Of a stretch of 39,115 bases of DNA, positions 35,451-39,115 are shown one piece after another (the first letter of the stretch is position 1; every line of letters begins with the position of its first letter). Under the pieces are notes generated by a model, which was not told where the DNA came from, did not search any database, and was given only the letters and a program-made list of their open reading frames with translations. The position numbers and the translations under genes were made by a program. This DNA is from a virus (Duplodnaviria; Caudoviricetes): the IMG/VR virus record IMGVR_UViG_3300020592_000107, positions 1-39,115 of that record; one strand, written 5' to 3'.

Positions 35451-35762
35451 TCACGGCTTGAACGTGAGTGCCTGCCAGTCGGGCTGTTCTCCTGCCTCGT
35501 GCCGCTCCCCAGGGCTATGGATCAGCGGACGGTGTGACGGCGCGACCTCCAAGTAGGAATGCCCCAGCCTGCCGTCGTAGAGAACAAAGAATTTGTGACC
35601 CCACCAGGTCACCCACTGCCACACGATGGACAGCACTCGCCCGTTACCTGCACCCCGGCCACTCCGTCGCCTAACGGCCCGAAGAGTGCGTACACGATCC
35701 CCAATGGCATGCCCACCGGGACCTACCGGCAGGGCTAGCTCGGACAAGTCAACGAGCATCAC
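35451..35762 (-). CDS. Hypothetical protein
   Basis: ORF in the operon direction; weak support. Confidence 0.35.
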   Translation of the reverse strand: MMLVDLSELALPVGPGGHAIGDRVRTLRAVRRRSGRGAGNGRVLSIVWQWVTWWGHKFFVLYDGRLGHSYLEVAPSHRPLIHSPGERHEAGEQPDWQALTFKP

Positions 35763-35864
35763 AGGACCGCTATATCAGCGTGTCTCACTCTGTAGTTGTG
35801 AAAGAGCACCCCCCAAAAGGGGCCAGCACCTGCCGCCGATCCGCGAGCGCACGACAGGCCAAAA

Positions 35865-36008
35865 TCAGAGACGAGGAACCCCGTCTAGCCGGTCCAACAC
35901 GGACCCGTGCACACCGTCCAGATGCGACCGCAGAGCCTCCAGCTCCGCGAACACCGGCCGGTCCGCACAGGTCAGACACGTCACGGAGCGGTCCCCATTG
36001 ATCCGCAT
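35865..36008 (-). CDS. 47-aa C2H2 zinc-finger-like protein (not in ORF track)
   Basis: MRINGDRSVTCLTCADRPVFAELEALRSHLDGVHGSVLDRLDGVPRL; ATG overlaps the upstream stop (TGATG). Confidence 0.65.
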   Translation of the reverse strand: MRINGDRSVTCLTCADRPVFAELEALRSHLDGVHGSVLDRLDGVPRL

Positions 36009-36256
36009 CACGACGCACGCTCCGGCTTCTCGGCTGGGAGCCCGAAAGTCCGCTCCTCAAGGAATCGGTTCAGCTCGGACGCCGGAACCCGCTGGTTCCC
36101 CTTGCCCGTCCCGAGCTCGACCACCCTCTGGAAGGTGCCGTCTTTGATCCGGTCATAAACCCACTGCACCGACACGTCCAGCAGCTCAGCGACCTTCGCC
36201 ACCTTGTAATGCGGCTCCACGACGGTCGTCCCGGTCGTCTCACTGGTGAGAGTCAT
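36008..36256 (-). CDS. Excisionase-like HTH protein
   Basis: YKVAKVAELLDVSVQWVYDRIKDG...RVPASELNRFL. Confidence 0.8.
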   Translation of the reverse strand: MTLTSETTGTTVVEPHYKVAKVAELLDVSVQWVYDRIKDGTFQRVVELGTGKGNQRVPASELNRFLEERTFGLPAEKPERAS

Positions 36257-37017
36257 GCCGCCACCGCCTTGTTGAGGTACCGGTTCACGAAGTACGCCTG
36301 ACCCTTCCCGGTCACCTTCGGCGTCTTCGATACCGTCACGTGACCATCCGAGTGAGTGACAGCGGTCTCCTTGATCTCGAACAGGCCCAGCTCCATTGCC
36401 TTCTGTGTGGGCATGTTCCAGTCCGAACCCTTCCGCTTGATGAGGTACCCGTCCGCGCGGAGGTCATCGAAAAGCCGGTTCTGCCCGACCTCGAGACCGT
36501 TCGCGCGAAGGATCTTCGCCAGCTCACCAACGAGGATCGTGGACCGTGACGCGGCCACTGAATCCGCGAACAACACCTTCGGCTTCGCAGCCTCCAGTTC
36601 ACGCTCCGCCTCCTCGGCACGCTTCGCCGCCTCAGCCGCCAGCGCGAGAAGCTTCGACGACGGAAGCGCCGCCAGCATCTCCACATCCGAGCCATACCGG
36701 CCCGTCTTGCGGATCGTCGGGAGAACGTCACTCGTGATCCAGCGACGGAAGGCCACAGCTTCGGGCTTGTCGGAGCGCAGCACGACCTCGTACATGCCGG
36801 CCTCGGACACGATGGTCGTGTGCTGGACGCCTCCAGCAGTCGGAAGGGGGTACGTCTGGCGTACCCCCTCATCGAGGCGGTCCTTGATCTGCGATGCCGC
36901 CCGCGACAGGCCGAGCACGCGAGCGAGGTCGTTGAGCACGAACCACGGCTCACCGTCGATCGTCACGACCCGGACCTCGCGCCCGGAGTAGCTGAACGGT
37001 ACGATGTTGTTTGACAT
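36253..37017 (-). CDS. Phage antirepressor (BRO-N plus KilAC/ANT)
   Basis: VRVVTIDGEPWFV...SEAGMYEVVLRSDKPEA (BRO-N); PKVLFADSV...GQNRLF...TPKVTGKGQ (KilAC). Confidence 0.93.
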   Translation of the reverse strand: MSNNIVPFSYSGREVRVVTIDGEPWFVLNDLARVLGLSRAASQIKDRLDEGVRQTYPLPTAGGVQHTTIVSEAGMYEVVLRSDKPEAVAFRRWITSDVLPTIRKTGRYGSDVEMLAALPSSKLLALAAEAAKRAEEAERELEAAKPKVLFADSVAASRSTILVGELAKILRANGLEVGQNRLFDDLRADGYLIKRKGSDWNMPTQKAMELGLFEIKETAVTHSDGHVTVSKTPKVTGKGQAYFVNRYLNKAVAA

Positions 37018-37056
37018 GAAAGTCCTTACCTTTCGTGTTCTGAGGCCGTCGCGCTG

Positions 37057-37299
37057 CTACGCGGCGGCCTTCTCCATTGCCCGACTGTCCGCAAGGAACT
37101 CGGCGGCGCTCATCCCGAGCGCGTCAGCGACGGCAATCACCTCGCGCATCGTCCAGCCGTGCCCGTTGCGGAAGCGGCGGTCGAGCGTCGCGTAGGGGAT
37201 GCCGGTCATCTCCGCGAGCTTCTTCTTGGACAGCCCGGAGCGAGTGAAGGCGTAGGCGATACGCGCTGCTGCCTCTTCGGCTGCTCGGTTGATATCCAT
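37057..37299 (-). CDS. Cro-like XRE HTH regulator
   Basis: GLSKKKLAEMTGIPYATLDRRF; divergent from the repressor; first gene of the lytic operon. Confidence 0.85.
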   Translation of the reverse strand: MDINRAAEEAAARIAYAFTRSGLSKKKLAEMTGIPYATLDRRFRNGHGWTMREVIAVADALGMSAAEFLADSRAMEKAAA

Positions 37300-37394
37300 A
37301 CAGATACCTAAGCACCCTGTTCGGGTCCTGTCAAGTCCCAGAATCCATCTGTTTGGAGCTTGCAAGTATCCACTATGGGTAGTAGAGTGCCCAT
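37300..37394. promoter_or_regulatory. Divergent lysis/lysogeny promoters with operators
   Basis: Plus strand: TTGCAA(37360)-17-TAGAGT(37383)-6-ATG. Minus strand: TTGACA(37334)...TAGGTA close to the cro ATG. Palindromes ACCC-N5-GGGT (37314-37326) and TATCC-N5-GGGTA (37367-37381). Confidence 0.7.
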
Positions 37395-37640
37395 ATGGTT
37401 ACTGACGGAAGAGCAGAGGCGCAGGCGCTCGCCGCCCAGCTTCGCGCGGAACGTGCAGCAGCGGGACTGACGATCGACCAGCTCTCCGAGGCGTCCGGCG
37501 TCCCCAAGCAGACCTTGATGCGCTACTTGAAGGGGACGCGCGACATTCCAATGTCCACGTTCTACGCCCTAGCCGAGGGGCTCGGCCTCCCCGCCGAGAC
37601 GATCCTCGCGCGAGCTGAGGGGCGATACCGCCAGGGCTGA
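37395..37640 (+). CDS. Immunity repressor (XRE HTH, 81 aa, no S24 peptidase domain)
   Basis: LRAERAAAGLTIDQLSEASGVPKQTLMRYLKG; between cro and the integrase. Confidence 0.85.
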   Translation: MVTDGRAEAQALAAQLRAERAAAGLTIDQLSEASGVPKQTLMRYLKGTRDIPMSTFYALAEGLGLPAETILARAEGRYRQG

Positions 37641-37757
37641 CCATGGCACCCGCAGGCATGTCGCGGCGACAATCAAGTCCCGCACCGTCGCGCGCGCGTC
37701 CCGACGCAGGACCTCCGAAAGGTCACGAATCACCTGACCGTCCACACAGACCCCCAT
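37569..37757 (-). CDS. Putative DNA-damage-induced small antirepressor (half-HTH)
   Basis: ATG immediately follows the SOS box. LSEVLRRDARATVRDLIVAATCLRVPWSAL resembles XRE helices 3-5. Confidence 0.5.
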   Translation of the reverse strand: MGVCVDGQVIRDLSEVLRRDARATVRDLIVAATCLRVPWSALAVSPLSSREDRLGGEAEPLG

Positions 37758-37795
37758 TCGAATCTTTGTTCGAACGGTAGCGTGACCCCCCGACA
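37758..37795 (-). promoter_or_regulatory. RecA-NDp (PafBC-type) promoter plus LexA SOS box
   Basis: The minus strand reads TGTCGG-GGGGTCACGC-TACCGT followed directly by TCGAACAAAGATTCGA. Confidence 0.75.
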
Positions 37796-37942
37796 TCCCA
37801 CCCACCACTACCCGAGTAGACAGGAACCTCCCATGACCGCAGTTCCTCTACAGCCTCTTCATCGCCCTCGGCATCGCGATCGCGTACTCAACGAGCCTCG
37901 AGCCGACACCGGTCAGTGGGTGCACCGGGAACAGGTCGCCTG

Positions 37943-39115
37943 ATGGCGCGTAACGCGAAGGGTGAGGGGTCGGCTTTCAAGACGGACAGCGGCTACCGCG
38001 GGTACGTCACCGTCAACGGGAAACGCCGCTACTTCTCCGCGAAGACGAAAGCGGAAGCCGCGCAGAAGAAACGTCAACTCCTCAACCAGCGTGACACCAC
38101 CGGCCTCGCGACGGGGAAGGGGTACACGCTCGGACAGTGGTTGGAACATTGGCTGTCGATCACCAAGTCATCCCACAAGCCGAAGACGCACTCCGGGTAC
38201 ACGTACATGGTGGAGCACTACCTGTCGGAACCCTTCAAAGCCACTCCCCTGGCGAAGCTCACCGTGGAGCGCATCGAAGCGGAGTATCAGCGCCTCGCGG
38301 ATGCGGGGCTGTCCGGGTCCACCCGAGCGCAGGCGCACTCCATCATCCACACGGCGTTGAAGGTCGCTCAGCAGCGCGGGCACATCGGCATCAACTTCGC
38401 CGCACTCGTGGTCGACAAGCCCCGAGCCGAGCGGAAGAAGGTGCACCCGCTGTCCGAGGCGGACGTGCTCGCCATCGAAGCAACACTCGCGGGGAACCGG
38501 CTCGAAGCGCGATGGCTGATTGGCCTCGACCTCGGCATCCGGCCCGGTGAGGCCCTCGCGATCGAGTGGACTGACATCGACTTCGACGCGGGGACGCTGC
38601 ACATCCACCAGCAGCTCCAGAAGGTGGACAAGAAGGTCATCCTCGTGCCGACCCCGAAGACGGACGCCGGTAACCGGACGATCCCCCTCCCCGGCTATCT
38701 GCTGGAGAAGTTGAAGGAGCATCGCCGCCAGCAGATGGTGGAGATGCTGTCCGAGAAGTGGGAACCGTGGTCACCGGATGGGAAGCCGCACGCGTGGGCT
38801 TTCACGTCGCAGAGGAACCCCGGCCGGCCAGTGACAGACGACGGGGACTCGACCCAGTGGCGGAAGATTCTCACGGCGGCTGGGGTGCCCCACACGCGCA
38901 GGTACACGGCACGTCACACCGCCGCGTCGGTGCTGATCTCGAAGGGCGTGGACCCGGCCACCGTGGCGATGATCCTCGGACACAACGACCCTGGTTTCAC
39001 GATGCGGACCTACGTGCACGGCATCGACGAGAGGGTGCAGGCCGCGGTCGCGCTACTGGATAAGGTGCAGAATAAGGTGCAGCAGCCTGGCGAGGCAGAG
39101 AGGCAACCATCCTGA
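37943..39115 (+). CDS. int: Tyrosine integrase
   Basis: N-terminal arm-binding domain (RNAKGEGS); catalytic IRPGE, PKT, YTARH, LGH and TYVH motifs. Confidence 0.95.
   Translation: MARNAKGEGSAFKTDSGYRGYVTVNGKRRYFSAKTKAEAAQKKRQLLNQRDTTGLATGKGYTLGQWLEHWLSITKSSHKPKTHSGYTYMVEHYLSEPFKATPLAKLTVERIEAEYQRLADAGLSGSTRAQAHSIIHTALKVAQQRGHIGINFAALVVDKPRAERKKVHPLSEADVLAIEATLAGNRLEARWLIGLDLGIRPGEALAIEWTDIDFDAGTLHIHQQLQKVDKKVILVPTPKTDAGNRTIPLPGYLLEKLKEHRRQQMVEMLSEKWEPWSPDGKPHAWAFTSQRNPGRPVTDDGDSTQWRKILTAAGVPHTRRYTARHTAASVLISKGVDPATVAMILGHNDPGFTMRTYVHGIDERVQAAVALLDKVQNKVQQPGEAERQPS
39060..39082 (+). repeat. Integrase arm-type binding repeats (right, within the 3' end of int)
   Basis: ATAAGGTGCAGAATAAGGTGCAG, matching 1055-1077. 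Confidence 0.75.

Larger units (their letters stand above)
919..39115. mobile_element. Temperate siphovirus prophage integrated at tRNA-Gln; right att lies beyond the window end
   Basis: Complete head, tail, lysis, replication, immunity and integrase modules; tRNA fragment at the left end; arm-type repeats at both ends. Confidence 0.95.

Overview
Nearly the whole window (919-39115) is an apparently intact temperate siphovirus prophage of a high-GC actinobacterium (Microbacteriaceae-like, by inference). It is integrated at a tRNA-Gln(CTG) gene. The displaced 3' half of that tRNA (919-966) marks the left att site, the tyrosine integrase ends the window, and matching integrase arm-type repeats lie at both ends. 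Left to right, mostly on the minus strand, the modules are: lysis; tail (beta-helix tailspike, tape measure, -1 frameshift chaperone); head; terminase/cos/HNH; a late-control region; many small early genes; replication and recombination (WhiB, SSB, initiator, RusA, RecE-like); tRNA-Leu(CAA); antirepressor, cro and repressor; integrase. A host AbiEi antitoxin lies outside the att. The most unusual elements, none called as such in the ORF track, are: (1) a 78-nt RNA that looks like only the tRNA-like domain of tmRNA (G3.U70, no tag ORF), sitting at the head of a small-protein plus DEDD exonuclease operon; (2) a DNA-damage switch in which a PafBC-type RecA-NDp promoter and a LexA box drive a small half-HTH ORF antisense to a peptidase-less repressor; (3) a tRNA minihelix-like element next to the phage tRNA; (4) a 47-aa C2H2 zinc-finger ORF; (5) an internal start site in the endolysin; (6) an RHH plus lipoprotein moron within the tail genes. 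All product calls come from motif recognition by eye; no searches were run.
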